Notes under the pieces: generated by a model
The model's input: only the letters and a program-made list of their open reading frames with translations
Databases searched by the model: none
What the model was told of the DNA's origin: nothing
Shown: piece by piece, positions 9,475 to 16,547 of the stretch
Layout of the letters: each line of letters begins with the position of its first letter
Position numbering within the stretch: the stretch's first letter is position 1
Position numbers and translations under genes: made by a program
NCBI GenBank assembly: GCA_964501365.1
Contig: CAZCST010000030.1
Span: 132,153 to 196,152 of the forward strand
Source of the DNA: an uncultured Phycisphaera sp.
GTDB lineage: Bacteria > Planctomycetota > Phycisphaerae > UBA1845
Reading direction: 5' to 3'
DNA: 64,000 nt

Positions 9475-10173
9475 CTATCCATCTTTGCGCGGCGAAAAAT
9501 CGACCTTGGGTGCCGTCTTGGCCGCCTCCCCAATCTCGAAATATTCGGCCTTTTCAACCTTGGCCAGCGATGTGTAAATGCCCCCAAGAAGTGACCGCGC
9601 AAACGTGTTCAACTCCTTCACGCGATCGTTGTACCGCTGCCGCTCAACGGCCAGGCGGTTCTCCGTGCCCTCGAGTGAATCCTGCAACTTCAGGAACGAT
9701 TCGTTCGACTTGAGTTCCGGATAGCTCTCGCGAATCACCAGCAGACGCGACAGGGCCGACTCAATCTGATTGGCCGCCTGGGCCTTGTCCGCGACCGTCT
9801 TGGCTCCGGTATACGCCTCGCGCGACTTCGCAATCCCCAGGAAGACATCCTTTTCCTGCTGGCCCATGCCCTTCACCGTCTCCACGAGATTCGGGATCAT
9901 CTCGTAGCGCCGCTGGAGCTGATTCTCCACCTGCGCCCACGCATTCTTCACTTCCTCGTCCATGCGGACGGCCCTGTTGTACCCACTATAGGCACAGCCG
10001 CCCATGAGCAATCCGCCAACAAGAACAACCAGCAGCAAACCGCCAATGATTTTTCCCATGCCAACCGTCCTTCCATTCGAAGTCACAAGCCGGGTCCCGC
10101 ACGACGGACAAAACGTTGCCCGCCGCTCGATCGCCGCATTGCAATTGGGACAACGATTACCAGCGTCCACCAC
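9475..10173 (-). CDS. lemA: LemA family protein with an N-terminal zinc-ribbon (CPNC..CPSC)
   Basis: LemA core NRAVRMDEEVKNAWAQVENQLQRRYEMIPNLVETVKG preceded by a TM helix and CPNCNAAIERRATFCPSCG. The ORF opens at 10248, which would overlap the upstream TPM gene by 92 nt. GTG codons at 10173 and 10170 follow a GGAGGAGG Shine-Dalgarno, so the shorter start is preferred. Confidence 0.75.
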   Translation of the reverse strand: MVDAGNRCPNCNAAIERRATFCPSCGTRLVTSNGRTVGMGKIIGGLLLVVLVGGLLMGGCAYSGYNRAVRMDEEVKNAWAQVENQLQRRYEMIPNLVETVKGMGQQEKDVFLGIAKSREAYTGAKTVADKAQAANQIESALSRLLVIRESYPELKSNESFLKLQDSLEGTENRLAVERQRYNDRVKELNTFARSLLGGIYTSLAKVEKAEYFEIGEAAKTAPKVDFSPRKDG

Positions 10174-11008
10174 CGCCACCTCCTCCGAATCGGCCGCCGC
10201 CGCCGAACGATCCGCCAAATCCTCCGCCCCCACCGCCGAAGCCGCCACTACTCCAGCCCCCGCGGCTGCTCCGGCCCATGTTGTTCAGCACACTCCCCCA
10301 GAAAACTGCGTCGCCCAGTCCACCGCCCCATCGTCCATAGTGCCGACGCCTCCGCCTCATCAGCAGAATAAGAATGATAATCAAAGGAAACGGAAATCCC
10401 CAAAACCCGCGTGGCACAGCCTTTCGCGGCGCAAGGCGGTATTGCGGAATCCCCGTCAACTGTACATTCGACGCATCGGCCACTTTATTCGCTATGGCCG
10501 TGACTGCGTTGAACAGGCCGTCCGAGTACTTGCCCGCCCGAAAATTCGGCACGATGACTTCCCGATGAAGTTGTCCGCACCACGAATCCGGCAGCATCGG
10601 TTCCAGGCCGTATCCCGTTTGGACTCGAAACTCCCTTTCCTTCACGGCCACCACCACCAACGCCCCATTGTCTTTCCCTTTCCGGCCCAGCTTCCATCGC
10701 TCGGCATGTCGCTGAGCGAAGTCAAACATGTCTTCGCCATCATTCGTCGGCACGGTAAGCACTTTCACCTGCGCGGTCGTCTTCTGTTCCAATTCGCGCA
10801 GCCAGCCCTCCATCTGCTGCTCGACTCCAGCATCAATAATGCCCGCCTTGTCTACCACAAACGTGCCCGGATCAGGCACGCTCACCTCGGCCCGCACTAA
10901 GTGCGCACCGTGAACGACGGCAAGAATGCCGGCCGATAAAACGAACATGGACTGTTGACGAACGATCACCTGCAATATCACCAAATCACTACGTCGCCAC
11001 ATCACCAA
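10157..11008 (-). CDS. TPM domain (YgcG-like) protein with a C-terminal TM and Gly-rich tail
   Basis: VVDKAGIIDAGVEQQMEGWLRELEQKTTAQVKVLTV..GALVVVAVKEREFRVQTGYGLEPMLPD is typical of the TPM_phosphatase fold. A TM segment follows, then the tail GGGGGFGGSFGGGGRFGGGGGGGRW. Confidence 0.75.
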   Translation of the reverse strand: MVMWRRSDLVILQVIVRQQSMFVLSAGILAVVHGAHLVRAEVSVPDPGTFVVDKAGIIDAGVEQQMEGWLRELEQKTTAQVKVLTVPTNDGEDMFDFAQRHAERWKLGRKGKDNGALVVVAVKEREFRVQTGYGLEPMLPDSWCGQLHREVIVPNFRAGKYSDGLFNAVTAIANKVADASNVQLTGIPQYRLAPRKAVPRGFWGFPFPLIIILILLMRRRRRHYGRWGGGLGDAVFWGSVLNNMGRSSRGGWSSGGFGGGGGGFGGSFGGGGRFGGGGGGGRW

Positions 11009-11014
11009 ATTGCC

Positions 11015-11767
11015 CTACATCGCATTGGCCTTGCCCATCAGAATTTCCACGTCGGCGTAAAGCTGATCGAATTCTTTCCAATCGTGTCGCGCCGAATGAT
11101 CCATCGCCGCACGTATCCCCTCAAACTTCACTCCAAGCAATTTCTCTATTTCTTGCAATACGGCCCCCGCAGCCAGATGTTCGCGCCGCCCCCTCAGCCA
11201 GAGCACTCCGCGAAGCACTCGCATCAGGTTGTCTGACGCAACACTCTCGATGTGTGCGACGGCCCTTTCCTTGCCGGTAACCGCCAGCAGCGCCTGCCGC
11301 AAACCCATGAAAATCTGCTTCACCTCGCGCTCGCACTGCAACCGCACGTCTCCTGGCTCCAGCACAAGTCCGGCAAAAAGATCAGTCCCCACGACGGCCA
11401 CTCCCTGCTGCTGAATCTCCAGCCATTCCAGCGGAAATGTGTCAAGCGACTCCTGAACGTAGGGCAGCGTCACGACCAGGGGTGCGCACATGTGCCCGCG
11501 CCCCAGGCGCAGGCCCTGCTCCGCGAGACGACGCAGCATCGGCAGCTCGACCTTCTGAACCACGGCCACGCTTCGCACCGCATGGCGCCGCCGATCAAAC
11601 CCGCCGGTCACCGCTTCGCCATACAGAATCACCGACACCAGCGACGACCCAAGCGTCTCCTGGATGATTTGAACATTCTCCTGAATCGCCCCCCGCAACG
11701 CCTCATCCACCCGATCCCATCCGCTATTCATTGGACCCTTCAACCTTGCGCCTTCTTCGTGTTCCAA
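11015..11767 (-). CDS. Hypothetical protein, possibly a degenerate nucleotidyltransferase-like fold with a helical C-terminus
   Basis: LVSVILYGEAVTGGF resembles the NTase hG[GS] strand, but no DxD pair follows. The C-terminus contains RGRREH (an Rx4H pattern). TTG start at 11767 is preceded by GGGAGG; the alternative ATG is at 11731. Confidence 0.4.
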   Translation of the reverse strand: MEHEEGARLKGPMNSGWDRVDEALRGAIQENVQIIQETLGSSLVSVILYGEAVTGGFDRRRHAVRSVAVVQKVELPMLRRLAEQGLRLGRGHMCAPLVVTLPYVQESLDTFPLEWLEIQQQGVAVVGTDLFAGLVLEPGDVRLQCEREVKQIFMGLRQALLAVTGKERAVAHIESVASDNLMRVLRGVLWLRGRREHLAAGAVLQEIEKLLGVKFEGIRAAMDHSARHDWKEFDQLYADVEILMGKANAM

Positions 11768-11827
11768 TTCGTGCCTCCCTGACGGCTATTTTGCATTTGC
11801 AACAATTCGCCGTCTCATGCTCACCAT

Positions 11828-11997
11828 GTTTCGGCGTTTCCGCGTTTCAGCGTTTCCATCGTTGCCTTTTTTGCCTTTTTGCGTTGTTGCCTCGTTGCCT
11901 CGTCGCCATCTCCTCCGTGCCTTTGCGCCTTCGTTGGGACTTCTCCTTTTTCCGCTTTCTGCTTTCTGCTTTCTGCTTTCCCTTTTTGCGTCTCCAC
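11828..11997 (+). repeat. Phased T-rich word array: about sixteen 8-mers (GTTTCNGC type, then TCGTTGCC type) followed by about six 7-mers (TTTCTGC x3)
   Basis: Direct reading: gtttcggc|gtttccgc|gtttcagc|gtttccat|cgttgcct|tttttgcc|tttttgcg|ttgttgcc|tcgttgcc|tcgtcgcc ... tttctgc|tttctgc|tttctgc|tttccct. Strong pyrimidine skew on the + strand. Fills the spacer between tRNA-Leu and the next minus-strand gene. Confidence 0.8.
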
Positions 11998-12082
11998 TGG
12001 GCGAGGCGGGACTCGAACCCGCACCCAGCTTTCGCCAGAGGGGCTTTTAAGGCCCCAGCGTCTGCCATTCCGCCACTCGCCC
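11998..12082 (-). tRNA. tRNA-Leu (anticodon UAA), class II with long variable arm, no encoded CCA
   Basis: Minus-strand read GGGCGAG TG GCGGAATGGCAGACGC T GGGGC CTTAAAA GCCCC TCTGGCGAAAGCTGGGT GCGGG TTCGAGT CCCGC CTCGCCC A. It has a 7-bp acceptor stem, a Leu-type D arm, anticodon loop CT-TAA-AA and T-loop TTCGAGT. Confidence 0.9.
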
Positions 12083-12140
12083 GCGCCCGTAGTTTATAGT
12101 CGCATCGATTTCTCACCACCGCGAACCGCGAACGACCGGC

Positions 12141-12200
12141 GTAGGGTGGGCCGTGCCCACCAATCAGTACCGCGACCGTGAGGGAGCGGTGTTGGTATCC
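12141..12200 (+). repeat. REP-like element copy A (hairpin GGTGGGC-CGT-GCCCACC plus ACCGC..GCGGT hairpin)
   Basis: gtagggtgggccgtgcccaccaatcagtaccgcgaccgtgagggagcggtgttggtatcc. About 56 of 60 nt are identical to 13227-13286. The core hairpin recurs at 29101-29117. Confidence 0.85.
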
Positions 12201-12246
12201 AACTAACTCAGAGCGCAGGGTGTATCCGGATGTACCAATTCGCATC

Positions 12247-12338
12247 TGACCCCGCAGGGGTCACCGAAAGTAGCCGGGTGTAAGCGCAGCGACACCCCCG
12301 GTCACCGCACGCCCAATAACCCGACCCTGAAGGGGTCG
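12247..12338 (+). repeat. Cluster of three further REP-like hairpins in the tRNA-proximal spacer
   Basis: tgacccc-gca-ggggtca (12247-12263); gggtgt-aagcgcagcg-acaccc (12276-12297); cgaccct-gaa-ggggtcg (12322-12338). The loop word AGCGCAGCGA recurs in the hairpin atcct-gagcgcagcga-aggat at 18951-18971. Confidence 0.7.
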
Positions 12339-12437
12339 CATCTTGCACGAACGCCCTCAGACAGTCTCACGCCTTGATTCGCGCAATATGCGGTTCTCAA
12401 ATCGCATCCGATTCTGCTACAATAGGGAAGGGCTACC

Positions 12438-13628
12438 GTGTTTCGATCGACCATCATCCTTGCCATCGCAACGTCGATAATCTGCTCGCACCATTCTTTC
12501 GGCGACGACCTCCTATACCACTACGAAGCCGACGTGCTACCCTATGACCCGACAGCTGGTTGGGTAGTGGCTCGGGATTGCCTTCCTTTCTGCAATGAGA
12601 TTGTTTCTAACGGACGTTTTGTACTAAGTTGGGGTCTCACGTCGGAAATTGCACGTTATAACCTGATCATTGCGCAATCGCCCATTCATCCGCCCGACAC
12701 ACTTTGGGTGGAATGGAGTTACCGTTCAAATCATCCTATAGGTCAATTCTTTGACTACTGCGACGGGAGCTTCTCGGTCAAGTATCGCAATATTTACGAT
12801 TATGTTTACGCGTTTGGAAATTATGCTCAATCGTCCGGTGGTAATGCTTGGGTTTCAAACCTATCCTTTGATGATTTCCACACTTTCAGATTCGAAAGTC
12901 TCAACGGGGTGAATTACGCATTGAGTGTCGATGGCTTCGTTTTTCTCCGAGACGTTGATACTAGTGGGAGCGGGTACAACGCTATTCAATTCGGTGGTGA
13001 AGGAAGATGCCCCGGCGATGCGATCCAGGAAGTTACCAACGAATGGGACTTCATCCGGTACGGCACGATCGCGTCCGGCGAACAGATCGTCTCCTCGAAT
13101 CCTCCTGCCGGTTTCGTCGACGCCCGCCTCCATCCCGCGCTCGACCGTTTCACCATCAAGTACGACTCGCCCAACTATGTCTACCTAAACGAAATCACTG
13201 TCGAGGTCATCCCCAATCAGACCGCAGTAGGGCGGGCCGTGCCCACCAATCAGTATCGCGACCACGAGGGAGCGGTGTTGAAATCCGACCAACGCCAATA
13301 TCGCAACACCCCAATCGACAATCCCGTCGTCGTCGCCACCCGCCGCCTCGACAACGGCCCGCCCGACGTCGTCGAAATCGTCCTCGACCGCCCCATCCCC
13401 TACAACGCTGCCACCCGCTTCACCTTCGACGATGGCACACTCTCGCAATCACTCGAATTTACCTACGCTCCCGGCGACACCGATGGCGACGGCCAAGCTT
13501 CCCTCTCCGACCTTGCCGCCTTCCAAAACTGCTTCGGCTCCGCTCCCCTAACCGGCCTCTGCCCCGTCCTCGACTCTGACAACGACAGCGAAATCGACCT
13601 TTCCGATTTCGCTTCCTTTCCCTGGTAG
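12438..13628 (+). CDS. Secreted protein with a C-terminal dockerin/EF-hand-like module; compositionally mosaic
   Basis: GTG start. Signal peptide MFRSTIILAIATSIICSHHSFG. The C-terminus PGDTDGDGQASLSDLAAFQNCFG...LDSDNDSEIDLSDFASF is dockerin-like. The 5' two-thirds is markedly AT-richer than its surroundings. Confidence 0.65.
   Translation: MFRSTIILAIATSIICSHHSFGDDLLYHYEADVLPYDPTAGWVVARDCLPFCNEIVSNGRFVLSWGLTSEIARYNLIIAQSPIHPPDTLWVEWSYRSNHPIGQFFDYCDGSFSVKYRNIYDYVYAFGNYAQSSGGNAWVSNLSFDDFHTFRFESLNGVNYALSVDGFVFLRDVDTSGSGYNAIQFGGEGRCPGDAIQEVTNEWDFIRYGTIASGEQIVSSNPPAGFVDARLHPALDRFTIKYDSPNYVYLNEITVEVIPNQTAVGRAVPTNQYRDHEGAVLKSDQRQYRNTPIDNPVVVATRRLDNGPPDVVEIVLDRPIPYNAATRFTFDDGTLSQSLEFTYAPGDTDGDGQASLSDLAAFQNCFGSAPLTGLCPVLDSDNDSEIDLSDFASFPW
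13227..13286 (+). repeat. REP-like element copy B, embedded in frame inside the 12438-13628 CDS
   Basis: gtagggcgggccgtgcccaccaatcagtatcgcgaccacgagggagcggtgttgaaatcc. It is translated as VGRAVPTNQYRDHEGAVLKS without disrupting the frame. Confidence 0.8.
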
Positions 13629-13636
13629 TCTCCCTC

Positions 13637-13705
13637 CCTTGACCCCTTGAACTCTTGAACTCCTGAATCGCTCGAAACCTATGCCCTATGCCGTATACCC
13701 TGATC
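13637..13705 (+). repeat. Bipartite word array: 8-mers (CCTTGACC, CCTTGAAC, TCTTGAAC, TCCTGAAT, CGCTCGAA) then 7-mers (CCTATGC x2, CGTATAC, CCTGATC)
   Basis: Direct reading, starting 9 nt after the stop codon at 13626-13628. It has the same architecture and word families as 29135-29216. Confidence 0.85.
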
Positions 13706-13921
13706 CAAAATCCCTACGAATCCCGCGCGCAGCAAATGTTCTCTTCCATGATGCACAACCGTGCGGCAGGCAATTCCAAGCGGGTAACCCGGCACCCAGA
13801 TTCCAGAGCTCAATCCCCAGCCTCTGAACCCGCGCAAATGCCAAACTACGGAACAAAGCCGATTGAAAGACTCACTTCAACCCTGATGTAGCGAAAACCC
13901 TACTCTTCCGATAATACGATC

Positions 13922-14962
13922 ATGGCTGACCACGCGAATCCGGCCTCTACGGCAATTCTGGACCGTTCCACGCCCAGATTGCCCCAACAACCCGGCGGCA
14001 ACTCTGCCGTCCCACGCTGCATAGTGGTCATGTACCACTATGTCCACGATCAGTTTCCTGCGTATGACAGCATCCCGCACCAAACCAAGGGTGTGCACGC
14101 GCTTTCCGTAAGCCAGTTCGAGCAGCAGCTCGACTTTCTGACCTCCCGGCTCGAACCCATCGACTGGGCGACACTCTCCTTGGGCCTCCGCAACAGGAGC
14201 CCGCTTCCTGACCAGTCGTTCCTGCTGACCTTTGACGACGGCCTCCGTGAACACGCCGAGATCGTGCTCCCCATCCTGGAGCGTCGTGGCCTGAAGGGGA
14301 TCTTTTTCGTGCCCGGCTGCGTGCTTTCCACTCCGAGAATGCTGACCGCTCACGCCGTCCATCTGCTTCTCGAAGCGATTGGCGTGGGCAGGCTGGCCGA
14401 TGAAATCGGCAACGAACTCTCCGGAATGGCAACGTACATCTCACTCAATGACGACGAAGCTGCGCAGGCGCTCAAGGTCTATCACTATGAAACTCCGAAA
14501 CTGGCGCTGCTCAAATTCCTGATCAATATGAAGCTCCCCTTGGCCACACGCGCCTCGGTGATTCGCCGCCTGTTCGAGCGACACGTCGGCTCGCACGAGG
14601 AATGGGCCGCGCGCTGGTACCTGACGACAAATCAGGTCCGCGAAATTCACGCCCTCGGACACACCATCGGCGGCCACAGCTTCGCCCACGAACCCTACGG
14701 TCGGCTCGATGAGGCCGCCCTAAGCCGCGACGTGAACCGCAGCGCCACGGCCCTCCGCGACATTCTCGGTCCCGGCGAACGGCCCTTCGCCTACCCCTTC
14801 GGCAGCACGCATCCAGACGCCGCAAAATTCCTTGGCGCAGCCGGTTTCGGCCGGGCCTTTGGCACCGCATCCGAATGGCTCGTTCGAGAGTCCCCTGCAA
14901 CAAACCTGCCTCGGGTGGACGCCATTCACGTAGAGACAAAATTGCAGGAGGCAAAGGCATGA
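13922..14962 (+). CDS. Polysaccharide deacetylase (NodB homology / CE4) family protein
   Basis: LLTFDDGLREHAEIVLPILERRGLKGIFFVPG and HTIGGHSFAHEP are NodB-type motifs. Confidence 0.75.
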   Translation: MADHANPASTAILDRSTPRLPQQPGGNSAVPRCIVVMYHYVHDQFPAYDSIPHQTKGVHALSVSQFEQQLDFLTSRLEPIDWATLSLGLRNRSPLPDQSFLLTFDDGLREHAEIVLPILERRGLKGIFFVPGCVLSTPRMLTAHAVHLLLEAIGVGRLADEIGNELSGMATYISLNDDEAAQALKVYHYETPKLALLKFLINMKLPLATRASVIRRLFERHVGSHEEWAARWYLTTNQVREIHALGHTIGGHSFAHEPYGRLDEAALSRDVNRSATALRDILGPGERPFAYPFGSTHPDAAKFLGAAGFGRAFGTASEWLVRESPATNLPRVDAIHVETKLQEAKA

Positions 14963-15010
14963 CAAGACTTCGTTCAACACCCCCGTCTCCCTCGAAGGTA
15001 GAAAGCTGCG

Positions 15011-15093
15011 CTGACGGCCGATCCCCCTCTCTCCTTAAGAGAGAAGACCGCACTGACGGCCAATCCCCCTCTCCCTCTAAGGGAGAGGGTCGG
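15011..15093 (+). repeat. Two tandem units (42 and 41 nt), each carrying a REP-like hairpin
   Basis: ctgacggccgatccccctctctccttaagagagaagaccgca / ctgacggccaatccccctctccctctaagggagagggtcgg. The second unit forms ccctctccc-tctaa-gggagaggg. The units lie between the two candidate starts of the methyltransferase gene. Confidence 0.75.
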
Positions 15094-15132
15094 GGTGAGG
15101 GTAAGATCTTGGGTACGCCTTACTGCTCCCGC

Positions 15133-16053
15133 ATGGAGTTGCTGCGCCGTTTCGTCGAGATGTACTGGCTTCGCCCGGAAAACGCCTTGTGGATGACGCT
15201 GCGCAGCCTCGCCCTTCGCGACGTCGAACTCTCTCATCCATCGATCGATCTGGGATGCGGCGACGGCGTATTCAGTTTCCTGCACATGGGTGGTGCGTTC
15301 GATCCGGCCTTCGACGTCTTCACCAGCGTCGATCACCTCGACAAGGTGCGGACCAGCCACGCCGATATGTTCGACTCTGCAGATACAAGCTATCAGCCTC
15401 GCATTCACAAACAGCCCACCGATCGATTTGACGTGGGCGCTGACTTCAAGGCCTCAATGCTTGCCAAGGCCGGGGCACTGAATTTCTACACCAGGCTCTC
15501 CGAACAAGACAACAACAAGCCGCTTCGATTCGAGTCCGGCTCATTTACAACCGTGTATTGCAATGCCGCCTATTGGGTGAAGAACATCGACGGCTTCCTT
15601 GCCGAACTCGCCCGCATCGCCAATCCAAACGGCCGCATCGTTCTTCAGGTCAAGCTCGACTCCATGAAGCGTTACACCCTTTCCAAATTTGAGGCCGCAC
15701 TCGGCGCAAAATTCCTGGACCTTATCGACCGCGGGCGGATGGACTGCTGGCCGAGCCTCACTGACCGCAAATCGTGGGAATCGCGTTTCGCACGCGCCGG
15801 CCTCTCGATTTCCTCGGCCACTCCTTTTGTCACTCGCACCCATTCACACATGTGGGACATCGGCCTCCGCCCCATCGCGCCCCAACTGGTCCGCATGGCC
15901 AACGCCCTGACGCCGCAAACCCGCACTGAGATCAAGCGCGACTGGGTGGACCTGTTTTGCGACTTGCTGACCCCCTTCTGCGATCCCGCCCTTGATTTAT
16001 TCCCCGGAACCGATGAACTTGCCGAAATTCAGTACGTGTTGGAGAAGCGTTGA
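15133..16053 (+). CDS. Class I SAM-dependent methyltransferase
   Basis: Motif I SIDLGCGDGVFSF. The ORF is open from 14875. Candidate starts are ATG 14959 (ATGA overlap with the deacetylase stop) and ATG 15133 (MELLRRFVEMYWLRPENA). The 15133 start excludes the repeat-derived low-complexity segment. Confidence 0.65.
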   Translation: MELLRRFVEMYWLRPENALWMTLRSLALRDVELSHPSIDLGCGDGVFSFLHMGGAFDPAFDVFTSVDHLDKVRTSHADMFDSADTSYQPRIHKQPTDRFDVGADFKASMLAKAGALNFYTRLSEQDNNKPLRFESGSFTTVYCNAAYWVKNIDGFLAELARIANPNGRIVLQVKLDSMKRYTLSKFEAALGAKFLDLIDRGRMDCWPSLTDRKSWESRFARAGLSISSATPFVTRTHSHMWDIGLRPIAPQLVRMANALTPQTRTEIKRDWVDLFCDLLTPFCDPALDLFPGTDELAEIQYVLEKR

Positions 16054-16071
16054 CGCCCCGGCAATGGGCGG

Positions 16072-16113
16072 ATTTCCCAATCGCAAATTTGAAATTTCAA
16101 ATTCAGGAAATTA
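16072..16113 (+). promoter_or_regulatory. Period-7 A/T word array containing an 18-bp perfect palindrome (AATTTGAAATTTCAAATT, 16086-16103), just upstream of the GNAT gene
   Basis: atttccc|aatcgca|aatttga|aatttca|aattcag|gaaatta. The palindrome was checked by reverse-complementing by hand. A hairpin cgccc-cggcaat-gggcg precedes it at about 16054-16070. The GTG start is at 16118. Confidence 0.5.
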
Positions 16114-16117
16114 AGGC

Positions 16118-16546
16118 GTGTCCGAAATCCACGAAGCCAATTCCGACGCCGACATTGCTCGATGTTTCCCCGTCATGCACGAACTCCGCCCCCATATCAG
16201 CGAAAGCGAATTCCTCCCCCGAATTCGCCGCCAGATGCAGGCCGGCTACCGCCTTGCCTTCGCGGAGAGCAATGGACAGGTCATGGCCGTCGCAGGATTT
16301 CGATTCTTCGAAATGCTCGCCTGGGGCAAGGCCCTGTACGTCGATGATCTGATCAGTACGGAAAAATCACGCGGCCACGGCTTCGCCAGCCAGCTCATCG
16401 ACTGGCTCATCGCCCTCGCCCGCGATTCCGGCTGCGACCAGTTTCACCTCGACAGCGGCGTCCACCGCTTCGTCGCCCACCGCTTCTATCTTCACAAGGG
16501 AATGGACATCACGTCGCACCACTTCGCGATGAAATTGCGGGGCTGA
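16118..16546 (+). CDS. GNAT family N-acetyltransferase
   Basis: Acetyl-CoA binding region ALYVDDLISTEKSRGHGFASQLIDWLIALARDSGCDQFHLDSG. GTG start. Confidence 0.75.
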   Translation: MSEIHEANSDADIARCFPVMHELRPHISESEFLPRIRRQMQAGYRLAFAESNGQVMAVAGFRFFEMLAWGKALYVDDLISTEKSRGHGFASQLIDWLIALARDSGCDQFHLDSGVHRFVAHRFYLHKGMDITSHHFAMKLRG

Positions 16547-16547
16547 A

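Noticed and set aside
10004-10900. 298-aa Pro/Ala-rich ORF on the + strand (and 10116-10340)
   Set aside because: It is antisense to the LemA and TPM genes. The Pro-rich runs are the complement of the Gly-rich tail codons of the TPM protein.
12083-12437. Integrase-mediated genomic island or prophage at tRNA-Leu
   Set aside because: The window shows no integrase, excisionase, phage or transposase gene, and no duplicated tRNA 3' segment. Only compositional and positional hints remain, and these are reported as a low-interest finding.
13688-13891. 67-aa ORF in the spacer between the islet protein and the deacetylase
   Set aside because: It has no Shine-Dalgarno and starts inside the 7-mer word array. 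The sequence is low-complexity with no motif. It might be real but is unsupported.
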